DNA of 63,980 nucleotides, filler included, from Trypethelium eluteriae (Eukaryota): NCBI GenBank assembly GCA_051942245.1. It is 3 parts of 3 records of this genome, joined end to end, with 100 filler letters (N's around TTAATTAATTAA, not from the genome) between each part and the next. Parts side by side here need not be neighbours in the genome. Positions count along the whole stretch, not along the records: positions 46,616 to 63,980 come from JAVECL010000593.1; 2 more parts are not named here. One strand, 5' to 3'. Shown piece by piece: positions 49,937 to 61,472 of this stretch (position 1 is its first letter; each line of letters starts with the position of its first letter). The notes under the pieces were generated by a model. It saw only the letters and a program-made list of their open reading frames with translations, ran no database searches and was not told where the DNA came from. The position numbers and the translations under genes were made by a program.

Positions 49937-51750
49937 ATGTTACCGGTCCACCATGACGAAGTGTCAGAATCGCAGTTGTCTCTTGAAGTGTCTCCCAAGC
50001 TCCTACGATATACTCATACTACAAGATCGAGATTCAGATTCACCGATTCTTGGTTTTTCGAGTCAATGTCAACCGTTGCCAGTGTTTTTTGTCAAGGTGC
50101 TCTCATTGCAATCCTAGCTTTGATGGATGGCAAGCCACTAGCCAATTGGACAGCACCAATATCCTTAGGCGCCACCGTTGCAATCCTCACGACCGCGTCT
50201 AAGGCCCTGCTCATGTTTTCCGTAGCGCAATGCATCAGTCAAACAAAATGGGACCATTTTCGAAGGTCGCAGCAGATGTTTGATTTCGACATCTTTAATG
50301 AAGCAAGTCGGGGACCTCTCGGATCATTCCAGTTTCTGTTCAGAAGACGTACACTCTTGAACCTTGGTGCGGTTGGTGCCTTGATTACTCTTCTAGCTAT
50401 TGGGATGGATACCTTTGTCCAACAGGTGCTGCGTTTACAACAAAAGATGATTCCAGCATCTGGGTACAACGCGCGCTTTCAATTCAGTGACGCGTATGAC
50501 TATTCAGGGGCGATTTATGGCCAAGCTTCTTATAACGCAGACTGTAAGTACCGGATGGGCAATCCCAAATGCTCAACGCTGATTGTGTATTGAAAGCATA
50601 CAGTCCGGACATTACCATGCAAGGTGCCATTATGAACGGACTGTACGGACTCAATGTTAGTGCTGCATTTGAATGCACGACATCCAATTGCACCTGGCCT
50701 GGAAGTTATGTTACCCTTGGATTCGAAAGCAACTGCAGCAATGTTACGATCACGAGCTCCCGCAAGTGCGACTTTCCAACACATCTTGTAAACAACAATT
50801 CGTACCCGATCCGGATATGCAATATTACCACACCTGGAAACGTCACTCTACAAGAAACGTGGAACATGGGTGATTCGCGAACGGCCATGGATGTCTCTAC
50901 GACAGTATCCAGAGAAGGATGTGCGGATGACATCGAGGTGGATTGCGATCCAGTGGGCAACTCTACCAACGTGGCTACCTTCGCAGCGTACCGCTTGCCG
51001 GGAGTGGACACAAATGATTGCGCTTCCACGAATTGTTGGAATACCGATATACCATGGGAAGTGCTTGAATGTAACATTTCGACAGTGGCCTACAGGTACG
51101 ATAATATATCCGTTCAAGACAACCAGTTGCAAGTCGGCCAATTAAAGAAGATTCCACTTTGGCGCCTTCCGGTACCTTACACGTCGCTGAGCGGGGCCTA
51201 TTATATGAATTTTACCGCCAGCGATAGTTCGCAAAACTTTACCATCAACTTCAACGACTGGAAATCCGTGCTCGACTTTTTTCAGTCCAAGGTCTTCAAT
51301 GGCAGCTTCATGGCCGGGGATTCAGGAGTCATCCCAGAAAGCGATGGTCTTGGTCCACATGCATTGTACCGTGTAGACATTATCGAAACTGCGTCCAAAG
51401 TAGCCATGAGCATGACGGAGCGTGTACGTACCGGACCTAATGCAATTCAGGCTCAGGGCGTAACACTCCATGAGATTACCTTTGTAGCAGTCTGGTGGCC
51501 CTGGCTGACATTACCAATCTTGACCGTAGTGGCTGCAGCCCTTTTCCTTCTCCTTACGGTCCTATAGACTCGGCATCATGGCAGCATATTATGGAAATCA
51601 TCGAACGTCGCATTGCTATCGCACCGCATCGTGGGCTGGACAGAACAGGACGTGGGCTCTGTTAGGGGTCCAGAGCAATTAGAGAAAGTGGCCAAGAGCA
51701 CACGGCTGAGGATTTTAGAGGATGATCATTTACAACTTACCAAAAATTGA
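49937..51750 (+). pseudogene. DUF3176 membrane protein with premature TAG at 51565-51567
   Basis: AQCISQTKWDHF, FNEASRGPLGS, CTTSNCTWP..YVTLGFESNC, VWWPWLTLP; intron 50544-50596; family motif LWKSSNVALL follows the stop in frame up to TGA 51748-51750. Confidence 0.8.
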
Positions 51751-51957
51751 TATTTTATCAATTGAAATACTTGGCTGACCATAATTACATGAATAATAAA
51801 TAAATTATATTCTTCTATCAGTGTCCATATGGCCGAAATAGTCACATCAATGGACATTACAGGAACCATGAAAGCTTAGGTCGCACGGTGGAATCTCTAC
51901 TTTACCAGATAAGGGTGACAATACCACAAGGCGATAGTGAGATCAAGACCCGAGAAG

Positions 51958-53028
51958 CTACCAGTCAGATTCGGAGTCACGATCAGCAGAATTTCGTTCA
52001 GCAGCCTTTCTGGCCTTCATTTCCTTCCAGGAAGGCTTCTGAAGCGCTGCTAGATTTTTCGCAACGTGCTTCTGAGGATCATCATCCCTAGCGAACTGCA
52101 ACAACATCTCCATGGGCTCACGATAGGTGTGTTTCGCTGCCCACTGCCACGCTGTCTCACCCTCATAGTTGGGTGCATTAGGGTCGGCCCCACTCTCGAG
52201 CAAAAATTGTGTTCGGTCTAGATTTGAGTTCCTGATGGTCCACTGGAGCGGAGTTAGGACTTTGTCATGGCGTGACTTGCGTTTACCGAAGGTTCTCTCC
52301 GAGAAGTCGGGATTGTGTTTGTGGTCATGGGCATTGATATCACAGCCGTTGCCGAGCAGGTACTGCATCATAGGAATACCGCTATTGCCACGCGTAGCGG
52401 ACACGAACACGTCGCTGAAACGGACCCTTGCACCGAAGGAAATCATTAGTTCAACGATGTCCGGAGACGAATGCGCAGCGGCAAAATCCAACGGTGTTTC
52501 GTCATTCCCATCTTTAATGTTAGGGTCCGCCCCATGTTCCAACAACCATTTTGCAATTTCTTTATTTTCAGTCGCGCTGCTAAGGAGAGTAGTGCCAAGT
52601 CCACCTCTCAAGCTTGCTATTCTTTTATTGACGTCCCAACCGTGCCGAAGGAGCACTTCGTAAATTGCAACCGACGCATCGCTCGTGATCAGAATCAAAG
52701 TATTGATTCTCTTGATGCTCATACCATGTTCCAATAAATAAGATAAGATGGCAGGACTGTCGTTGTTACCAGCATCTTGCGCAGCTTTGTCCAACAGACT
52801 CTTTCTGTGGTCCATGTAGGGGATTCTAAGAACATCGCGATGAGGCCCTTCCACAAGAGCAATAAAAGTCTCGAGATTAGCGCTCCGGATAGCCGTCTGA
52901 ATACTATGGTTGAGTCCCAGTCTTTCGATCTCATCTGCGGCCCTGCAGTGGGAATTAAGTATAGACTCATATTCAGATTCGGATTCGGATTCATGATCGG
53001 TAAAATTGCCTGTTTTCTCTGTCGACAT
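51958..53028 (-). CDS. ankyrin-repeat protein
   Basis: LLEHGADPNIKD..ETPLDFAA, TPLQWTI..LLESGADPN; no signal peptide. Confidence 0.88.
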   Translation of the reverse strand: MSTEKTGNFTDHESESESEYESILNSHCRAADEIERLGLNHSIQTAIRSANLETFIALVEGPHRDVLRIPYMDHRKSLLDKAAQDAGNNDSPAILSYLLEHGMSIKRINTLILITSDASVAIYEVLLRHGWDVNKRIASLRGGLGTTLLSSATENKEIAKWLLEHGADPNIKDGNDETPLDFAAAHSSPDIVELMISFGARVRFSDVFVSATRGNSGIPMMQYLLGNGCDINAHDHKHNPDFSERTFGKRKSRHDKVLTPLQWTIRNSNLDRTQFLLESGADPNAPNYEGETAWQWAAKHTYREPMEMLLQFARDDDPQKHVAKNLAALQKPSWKEMKARKAAERNSADRDSESDW

Positions 53029-54067
53029 ATTCTACATGCGTATCGTGCTGAAAATGGAACGCTTGAGAGGTGACGCGGTGTAAGTAGAATGGCTTGGTAA
53101 CAAAGCTCCTGTAGCGTACATGTGTAGCACGACTTTGTGTCAGGGCTCTAGACCGTAGATGATTCAATGTAGCTGTAATGACTACTAAAATTCGCAAAGA
53201 GCGAACTATCTGGGGGTAGCTCTAGCTCATATACATGATCGAGGCATGGTCACGTGACTAGAGCTGATCAGGTACCTGTGGACGTTCTCTACATGCAAGA
53301 GCTGATGACACTTTGTCCCTTGCTTGTATATGCCACTAGGCGTGATCCAGTGAATGCAGTTGCTTTGCAGATCCATCGCATCACCGACATTAGGCTTCGA
53401 TCGAACCAGCATTGGACCTCAAGACTAGGCTCCCTTGCGACATGATACCACCTGCAGCTGACGAGATCTACCGTGAAAAGCAACTGTACCGTTCACAGAT
53501 GAAATGACTTGAATTACCGAGCATTAATGATATCAGAGATCACTCGGCGGGAGACACATTGATGTCCACTGACGCAAAGAATCTGAAGTGACTTCGTAGC
53601 TGAGTTTGCCTGCGTGCCTGAGAGGGAAATGTCATGGCGCGCAGCGGCGCTCCGCTAGTACAAAACAGAGCTAGCGCCAAAATTACCGCCGTTTCAACCT
53701 CACACAGACTTGAGCCTCGCCATTTGCGGCGTCTCGGTACAAACTTTTCAGACACGATCAAAGCTCGCCTACACATACTCAGTGGATAGCGTGTTCACGG
53801 CCTCTTGGGCTCCCATCTAGCGCTCTATGGCTCTCAAGCTGCACTGAGCCTTGCGGATTTCTGACACCTATCACTACGACTGCTCCTATGCTTGCAAAGA
53901 TACGCTGTGAGTGGATAGGCCTGCAATGGACTTTACTATAAAAATGTGCATTGCAGAACTTATGCTTCTCCAATAATGGCTTGAGGAGAAGATATCTTCA
54001 AATTACAATACATATCCGGATTTCCAGGATATCACCAAGCATCTTTCAGCCTCTCTTTTCCTTCGGC

Positions 54068-54979
54068 TCATGCTTTAATCAACCTTTTCGGATCAGTGTC
54101 CTGTTCTCGGGGTTCAAACTTCCACAGCAGCGTACCCCGTGCTGTTTCCCAGAATTTCCAATTCTGGTTATCCTTAACAGGGGTATAGGCATAATCTGGC
54201 AACCATGTGATTGGCTGCCCTTGCTCGTCAGGATTAGCTTCTCGAATGATTTCGTTGACTGTATCCTTGATTTGTTGCCATTGTTTCCGGTATGGATCTT
54301 TCGTCTTTTCGTCAACACCGACCGACGGAATCATGAGGAATGCTTGGCCTCCATAAAGTGCCTGAGCAGCGGCGCTAGCCAGAGGTTGCTGGAACCACTT
54401 ATTACTCTTGACACCCTCACGTAATGGTGTGAGAATAGTCTCTCCCAAATCATCCTCCCCGGGATCTTCGGGAGCAAAGGAAATGCTTTCCCAATAATGT
54501 GCCGCATAGACCCCCTTGCGAGAGCTAATGATCATGCAGGTACATCCACTCAGCGCTCGCGTTCCGACACTGAACGGTGACCTTCCCAACTTATAAAACT
54601 TAGCTGTATTTACATTGTCACCATTTCTTGCATCTGTGAAAACGATTTGCGCCACGTCCGGGTTTTCATCTTCTTCGCCAAATTCGTCTTTGAGCCACTG
54701 TGTCCTTTCTTTCTGTGTTGGTCCTGGCTGTATCATAGCACGATAGACTAGCGGTATATAATACGAAAATGAGCCATGAGAGGTCTCTGAGGCAGTGGAT
54801 ACATTCCCGACTGCTGGCTCGAAATTACTACGGTCATCGAGAGATTTGAAGATCGGCTCGCATACTGATCGGTGGCCGGGCTCATCTCTGGGGATGAAGG
54901 AGGTATCTTGCCACCAGGGTCCAGGGGAGAATGCCAAAGCATTGGCAGTAAAAAATATCAGCCAGATGAACCTATACAT
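54068..54979 (-). CDS. secreted protein with CNF1/BLF1-type Cys-His deamidase motif
   Basis: Signal peptide MYRFIWLIFFTANALA; GTRALSGCTCMIISSRKGVYAAHYWE (Cys 54544-54542, His 54499-54497); frame continues past TGA to 54032. Confidence 0.7.
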   Translation of the reverse strand: MYRFIWLIFFTANALAFSPGPWWQDTSFIPRDEPGHRSVCEPIFKSLDDRSNFEPAVGNVSTASETSHGSFSYYIPLVYRAMIQPGPTQKERTQWLKDEFGEEDENPDVAQIVFTDARNGDNVNTAKFYKLGRSPFSVGTRALSGCTCMIISSRKGVYAAHYWESISFAPEDPGEDDLGETILTPLREGVKSNKWFQQPLASAAAQALYGGQAFLMIPSVGVDEKTKDPYRKQWQQIKDTVNEIIREANPDEQGQPITWLPDYAYTPVKDNQNWKFWETARGTLLWKFEPREQDTDPKRLIKA

Positions 54980-56107
54980 CTGCGGAGAGCTTATATGAAA
55001 AGAGAAATGGAGACACTGATGGTGACTTCTGCCAGCAGAAGCCTTTTGAAAAAATGGGAACGCAAGACAAGAACGCTTCTGGATTGTTTGGGAAACTTGT
55101 TGCAAGATGTGACGAGGATTCTAAATATATAGTGTGCGGTTGACACTTTTCATCACCTCCTTACGACGTCAAAAGTGCTTCACTAGCCGCAATCCCGTGC
55201 TGTCCCGAGCAGCTGCGCCTCCAACCAGATCAACATTCTCAGAGCCTCCCGTTACTATAATCTTGGCAACGCTGTTTGAGAAAGTGGATCCTGCCCTGGT
55301 TTCCAAGTTCTGATTAGTCCGATCTCAAAAAAGCGCCGCAGACCGACATATTGGACTGCCGTGCTGCGGCGGGAGCGGTATGGTGCAGTACGTGCTGCCT
55401 ACTGTTGTGCGTAGCTGCCTAGTATACATCTACGGCACAGCGCTGTGCCCCGAGTCCTAGATTATGCTCTCTCGCCTCATCTTATTCAACAGCTTTCAAG
55501 TTTACTACTGATGCTGACTATTTTTGAGTATGTCGCTCGTTTGAATATTGCGGAAGCTTTGCCAAGGACGATTTCTAACAACACGGCCTGCTCAACGTAG
55601 ACAGAACCGACACTCTTGGCGAGCGACGTCAATTCTGTCAAATCCTATAGAGGAAGTTCGAGAAGCAGCTGCATCTCTGCCTGCCAATCTGGCAATCCTG
55701 AATCCTCTGCAGAAACTCCGTGTCCAAGGAGGTACCCAGTGACGTCTAATGGTTCAGTCGATCTACGTCGCTTGACTGTGCAATGGCATCATAGCATGCT
55801 TCATCGCACTGGAGCAGTGCGAAGGTTGGCGCATTTTGTCATCAATGAAGGAAATGATTCTTCATTCGTTTAAAAGTGCGAAAGTATCTCTTCAAAACAG
55901 CATAATTTTCACTGTGCTTCTCTTCGTTCAATCTTTCATCATCTTGGCTAAGTGTATGTCCCCTAATCTCTCGGCTGGCCCGAGGACAATTACTAAGACC
56001 TTCGTTCTTCCGAGTGTATGATAATATAATAGATTTCTATCTATCAGCACCGTTGCTGTGCTCTACAGATCTTACAATATCATTCTTGGCCTTCAACCAT
56101 CGAGGAT

Positions 56108-58218
56108 ATGGACAAAAATCGAGGTCCACTTGTTTTGCTTGTTTTGCTTCTTTCCATCTTTGCTTCTTGCATTGCAGAACCAGTATCTATAGATCTTGGG
56201 CCCTTGTCTGCTTACACGCAATCAGTGGTGAGATGACTTCTTCCATATCTGAACATTGTTATAAAGACAAAAGGTGGGCTAATGTTCGGAAGGCGTCTAC
56301 ACCGACACTTAGTGGCACAGAAGTTGCGATAATTGCACCTCCTGCAGCGACTGGCGACATACCTGACGGCGCCGAGATCTACTTCTCACCAGACCTTCGT
56401 GCTGAGCTTCAAAAGACCGTTGATGCTGATTGTAAGCCACGCAGTGATGGACAATGTCAAAAAAAGATGCAAGCAATATTCCAGAACCACAGTGTCAGCA
56501 TTCAAGAAAGGCAATTGGGCACCGTGTTCGTTGTAGGAAGTGCGCTAATGGGCCTCGTCTCGCTGGCTATTCCTGCTATTTCTCTCAAAAACAAAGCTGT
56601 ACCACAGTATCTCCACATTCCACCTCCGCAGCTTAGTCAATTTTCCGCTGCAGCAAGCGCTTCGGAGGTGGCATATGCTACGGTCAGTAACAGTGCGCCA
56701 ACCACGGCCACAGAGACACCACGGCCAAACATTCCATCAGCGTAGGTTTGCTCAACTCTATCAATGCGTCTTAGCTTATTAGTATTCTAGATCCATTCCC
56801 TCAATTTCTACGGTGACAGCATCGACTATTGGTCATAGTATTGGAGACGCCGTCATATCTATGCCCGACAATGGGCTTCGTGTCACTGAAGATCTAATCT
56901 CACAGACGGGCTCCTGCTCTGAGAGCTCTGGCGGCTCGGGTATGATCAAGCGAACGGTGTCAGGTACCGGTGTCTTCCAGACCTTCCAAAGTCTCCTTAT
57001 CAATACACAAAGAGGTGGAGTCCTTGAGGACCTTATATGGTTTCGACCGGGTCCGCTCCAGTTTCGCAACCAAGATATCGTAAGGGCATTGAACAACGCT
57101 ATTGCATTCGCTCGGACAAATGCAGCTACTTTGCAACTTTCGCCCGGAACGGCAGAAGCTGTTAGTCGAGGACTATTCGATATCGCCTTGGCTTGGTGTA
57201 TCGGACCCCGAGCTAGATCAAACGAACTTGTTATACCGGCTTCGGAGCTGGGAGGTCTTTCCAGTACTGGCATGACGACCAGCATTACATCGTGTTCTAC
57301 TACAAGCACCGCCTCATGCGCAGTCAGCTGCGATGTGTACGGTTCTTGGCGCTATTATCAAACTGAATGTCCGGATATTTCTAGCTGTGGAGTTACTGAG
57401 TCTTTAACAACGACTGCTGTCTCCGCAGAGAATATGGGACGGCCCACTCCCGTGAATGCTACGACGACCAAATCTACAAGCTCAACATCGTCCGCATCGC
57501 CATTCTGTATACCATTGTGAGTCTTCTGAATGGTATTGTTTTTCGGTTTGCAAAGCTAATTATTGTGTTCCAATTTAGCCAAGACCCCGATAGTGGGAAT
57601 CCAGGCTATTGCCAATGTATCGATGGTCAGAACTACGTCTTTCAGTCAGGCAACAATCCATGCCCGTACACCACGAGACCACCGAAATCTGACCTTGTGA
57701 CAACTACTACGACAAGTCCATCGCCAACATTGCCGTTGTCTACATCATCTTCCTCATCGTCGTCGTCTTCCGTGAGCTCCGTCCCTAGCCCTACCGCCTC
57801 GATCCTCGTGATTCGGGACGTCCCTCCAGTTACGGGTCAATCGTATTACGATTTCTTTATTGTACCCCCAAATTACTCCGAAAGCCTTGACGACCAATGC
57901 GGAGGTAGAGCGCTCCCTAGCGATGCGCAGTCAATGTGGTACGTGGACGATCCAAAGCTCGGTCGCGTCGATGGAGATCGTCCAAATCCTGTAGTGCGGA
58001 CAGCACCGGGCTTCTTGCAACAGTCGGGCAGTCATTGCCACTATGAAGAAGATACGATTGGAACTGCAACTGTGTACTGTGACAATAAGGCCAACCTAGC
58101 GTGCTTCCCCCCTTCGCAGGACCTTGCTAATACGGTTGTGCCCAACAACGGAGCTTGCGGTGGGATCAATGATGTCAGACAGCTGGTGATGGTATGTCCA
58201 TTTGGTGACGGTATATGA
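56108..58218 (+). CDS. uncharacterised modular secreted protein
   Basis: Signal peptide MDKNRGPLVLLVLLLSIFASCIA; phase-consistent introns 56228-56292, 56742-56790 and 57517-57578 join three ORFs; S/T linkers separate Cys-containing modules. Confidence 0.8.
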
Positions 58219-59569
58219 CTAGTCCATATGTGTTGTGAATCAACTACGTCACTACCAAAGGCAATGTCAACAAAATCGCCCAGGACTGTGACTCGAGTAT
58301 TCCGTGTGTATCATGTTCAGCCTCAAGGCGATCAAGAGAATATTCCTGCGTTACTTCACGTATTTGTCAAATTTGCCAAATCTATCATCTGAGCGCTGAG
58401 AATGATTCAAGATCCTCACAATACGGAATCGCGCAATGACCGAGCGGTGGAACACAATGCACAACAACGCTTCTATACCTTGAGATTCATTTACTTTAGG
58501 ATTTATTCATGATGTAGAATCCAACACCGCGCGTCGTGCTCCGAACTCGTCGAACGGCCTTTTTAAATATGGCAATTACAGCAGGGGTCGAGATGCAACT
58601 AGAGTCATTGACTCATTTGAGGTAAGTGGATATTCTCGAGGGGGTAACCCACTCTCATATTGGAGATAATGTTCAGCTTGTCATGATCGCATCCACTGTA
58701 GCAGATTTAAGATGAAATGAACGCTGATAAAATACAAAAAGACCAGAAAGTCAAGCCAGCTGGTTTGATATGCCTAACACTACATATAGAGCCAATAACA
58801 TCACTTTTCCGGCCAGCCTGAGCTGCCTGACCTCAACTCATAGCATTACAATTGCTTGTTGTATTTCCTATCGATTCGTTCTTGTCTTGGCACTCATGAC
58901 TTTCGATGGGAATGAAAAATTGGCATGACCGGTGTCAACCCTGACTTCGAGAGGCTTGGTCGCTCTATTACTCACTCTTCTCTAGAGTTCTTTGACTGTA
59001 ATCGTCTCGGACGGAATTGGCCAAGACAAGTACTTTCACTTTTCAAGAACTGAAACGACGGAACTGGATCAAGATGCTCTAAAAGATCTGAAAGCCATTG
59101 ATAGTGTCAGCCAAGGACCTTTTTGAAGACTTGTCCTTTTAATAGGGGCACGGACATTGTCAGTTCTCGTGAGCACTCTACGACTTGTGTCAAGCAGCAG
59201 GTGCGACTGGTGCAAGAAGGGCAACGGAAGTTCTACATGGCCCAGTAGAGGTCACACGGAATGCATGTCTACTGTATGTTGCTTAAAGAGCACATCTGCG
59301 TGTGATTTATTTATTTATTTATTTATTTTTTTTTTTTGGATATTCTTAGACAAATGATGGTTCGTGGAGGGATTGAGAATAACGAATGCTGTACAATTTC
59401 TAGAGAGCTAGGGACTATATAATTTCAAAAGATCTCGGCTTGCGAGATATCAGGATCGTGGCCTGAGAGGTCAAGCATAGACAAAGAAGGTATCCAAAAC
59501 AAGCCCGAGAAAACATCAAGCCGCACAATGGTCAGCGCAATACATCAGGAGGCACTACTAGTCTCGAAC

Positions 59570-60829
59570 TTAGATGCGTCGCCTCATAATCTGACCATTG
59601 CTGCAAGTTGTGCCTGCTGCAACAGGTTGAAAGACAACATTGCCATTGTTGCAAAGACCGAATTGAGTCGATCCGTTGCAGACGACGGCGCCGTTGGTGC
59701 TGCAGCTAGAACCAGCAGAGCTGCCAGTGGAGTTGCTGGCGCCACTAGAGCCACTGGAGCCACCGCCCATGGATCCACCCATTGAACCGTCAGAACCGCC
59801 AGAGCTAGAAGATCCATCACCACTGCCGGGGCTACCGGAACTGCTGCCAGAACTTCCAGAACTTCCAGAACTACCAGAACTACCAGACGATCCCGAAGAG
59901 CCGCTGGTACTGTTGGAGCTGCTGGAGCCAGACGAGGGCGCAGTGCTGTTGGAGCCACTGGTGGGAGCCGGAGCCCCTCCAGTAACGGTGTAGAAAGAGG
60001 TGGCGAAAGTCGTCGAGGTACCGGAGCCAGATGCAGAAGCCGACGGAGCTGGATCAACACTGCTGGTCGGAGCCGCGGACGAAGAAGCCGGTGCAGACCC
60101 CGAGGAACCCGAGGAGCCGCTGGAGGCTGGTGGGGCTGCAGCTGCAGTCTTCTTTTCGCAGGCGGCACCAGTTGGAGCCGCCAAGCTCTTGGAGACCAGA
60201 GTGGTGGCATCTGCGCCGGGATTGGCATAGTCTGGATTGGTATTCTCGACCTGCTTGCAATCCACACCTGGGATATTGACCTTCGACAGGTCAGGAAGAG
60301 AATTGTAAACGGTTTTGTCGTCGCTGCCACCAGTGACGGCGATGGGCGCACAGTTCATATAAAGCTCATCCTGACCAGCCTCCAAGGAGTTCCAGGTCCA
60401 AGAAAGCGTCGCTTGACCGTTAGGAAAGCCCTTAGGAAGGGTAAATTGGAACTTGCTTGGGTTTGCGCCAGAAGTAGTAACCGGGCATCCTCCAATCCAC
60501 GATTGAATGACCTTAAAGGTGCTCTGTGCTGTGGGTTTCTCATCTAGCGACACAGCAAGCTGACAAGAGCCGCCGCCGTGAGTAGCCGAACCATCAAAGC
60601 TGAGCGTCTGTGGAGAGCCAACGGTCATGTTATTCATTTCTGTGACGACGTACGTGTGCACTTGGCAAGGAAATTGGCCGGCTCTTAGTGGATCAAGCTG
60701 GATGGTAGCCTTGTCATAAGGCACTGGAGTAGCGAGTTTCAAATGGGCATCGATGGTGGTGCTGAAGCCAAAGATGGCCAGAGCGGTTGCGAGGGTAAAC
60801 ATGCTGCTTGTATTGCCTTGCTTAACCAT
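59570..60829 (-). CDS. AA11 lytic polysaccharide monooxygenase with C-terminal Cys module (X278-like)
   Basis: Signal peptide then His1 (HLKLATPVPY), FPCQ, GSATHGGGSCQ, GGCP, WTW, ELYMNCAPI; Ser/Gly linker; CSTNGAVVC..FGLC..AGTTC. Confidence 0.9.
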   Translation of the reverse strand: MVKQGNTSSMFTLATALAIFGFSTTIDAHLKLATPVPYDKATIQLDPLRAGQFPCQVHTYVVTEMNNMTVGSPQTLSFDGSATHGGGSCQLAVSLDEKPTAQSTFKVIQSWIGGCPVTTSGANPSKFQFTLPKGFPNGQATLSWTWNSLEAGQDELYMNCAPIAVTGGSDDKTVYNSLPDLSKVNIPGVDCKQVENTNPDYANPGADATTLVSKSLAAPTGAACEKKTAAAAPPASSGSSGSSGSAPASSSAAPTSSVDPAPSASASGSGTSTTFATSFYTVTGGAPAPTSGSNSTAPSSGSSSSNSTSGSSGSSGSSGSSGSSGSSGSSSGSPGSGDGSSSSGGSDGSMGGSMGGGSSGSSGASNSTGSSAGSSCSTNGAVVCNGSTQFGLCNNGNVVFQPVAAGTTCSNGQIMRRRI

Positions 60830-61472
60830 TTTGAAACTTTGCAAGTCCTGCTGTGCAAAAAAGACTGAAATGAGTGAAGATTGATGAATAAGCTGGTTGA
60901 AGGAATGTGTTGAAGAAGATAAGAAAACCTGATGTGTAAAGGAAGGCTTTTGGAAAACTGCAGTAAAAAGGGTATAAGTACTGAACTGAATCGTGAAGGA
61001 GGGTGACGAAGGCAATGGGGCCAGGCAAGAGACCCGTGAGTCAGGAAAATCCAGGAAGCACAATCCATTGTCTCCTTATCGAAGCATGCACAAAGAAAAG
61101 TAGGCCACGATCCATTCTAACAAGGGTTCCTTTGTGTGTACTTAGCTGAAGAGTAGTCTAACTGAGGCGCACTACGTTTCAAAGCCGGTGGCGAGGACCA
61201 AGTCATGGCCAGAGAGACGAGTGCACCATTGGTGTATGGTGACAAAGGGGAAGCATGTCCTGGACGTGGTTTCATCAAGTTGTTCTACTCGGTTTACTGT
61301 AGGGTGGAGCTAGGGTGGTGGGCGATCTGATTGGCCAGCTGATGTACGCGTCGAAACGTCGCAACGACTCGACACTCCACATTGATCACCTACGCGCTTC
61401 CATAGCCCACCTCGCTTGAGTTGTCTTGTCGGGATAGAATGCTCTTTGCCCGAGGTACGACCTTCCAGCGTC

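Noticed and set aside
59305..59337. (TTTA)n/poly-T tract (and poly-A 30648-30666)
   Set aside because: Ordinary simple repeats in UTR or intergenic DNA.
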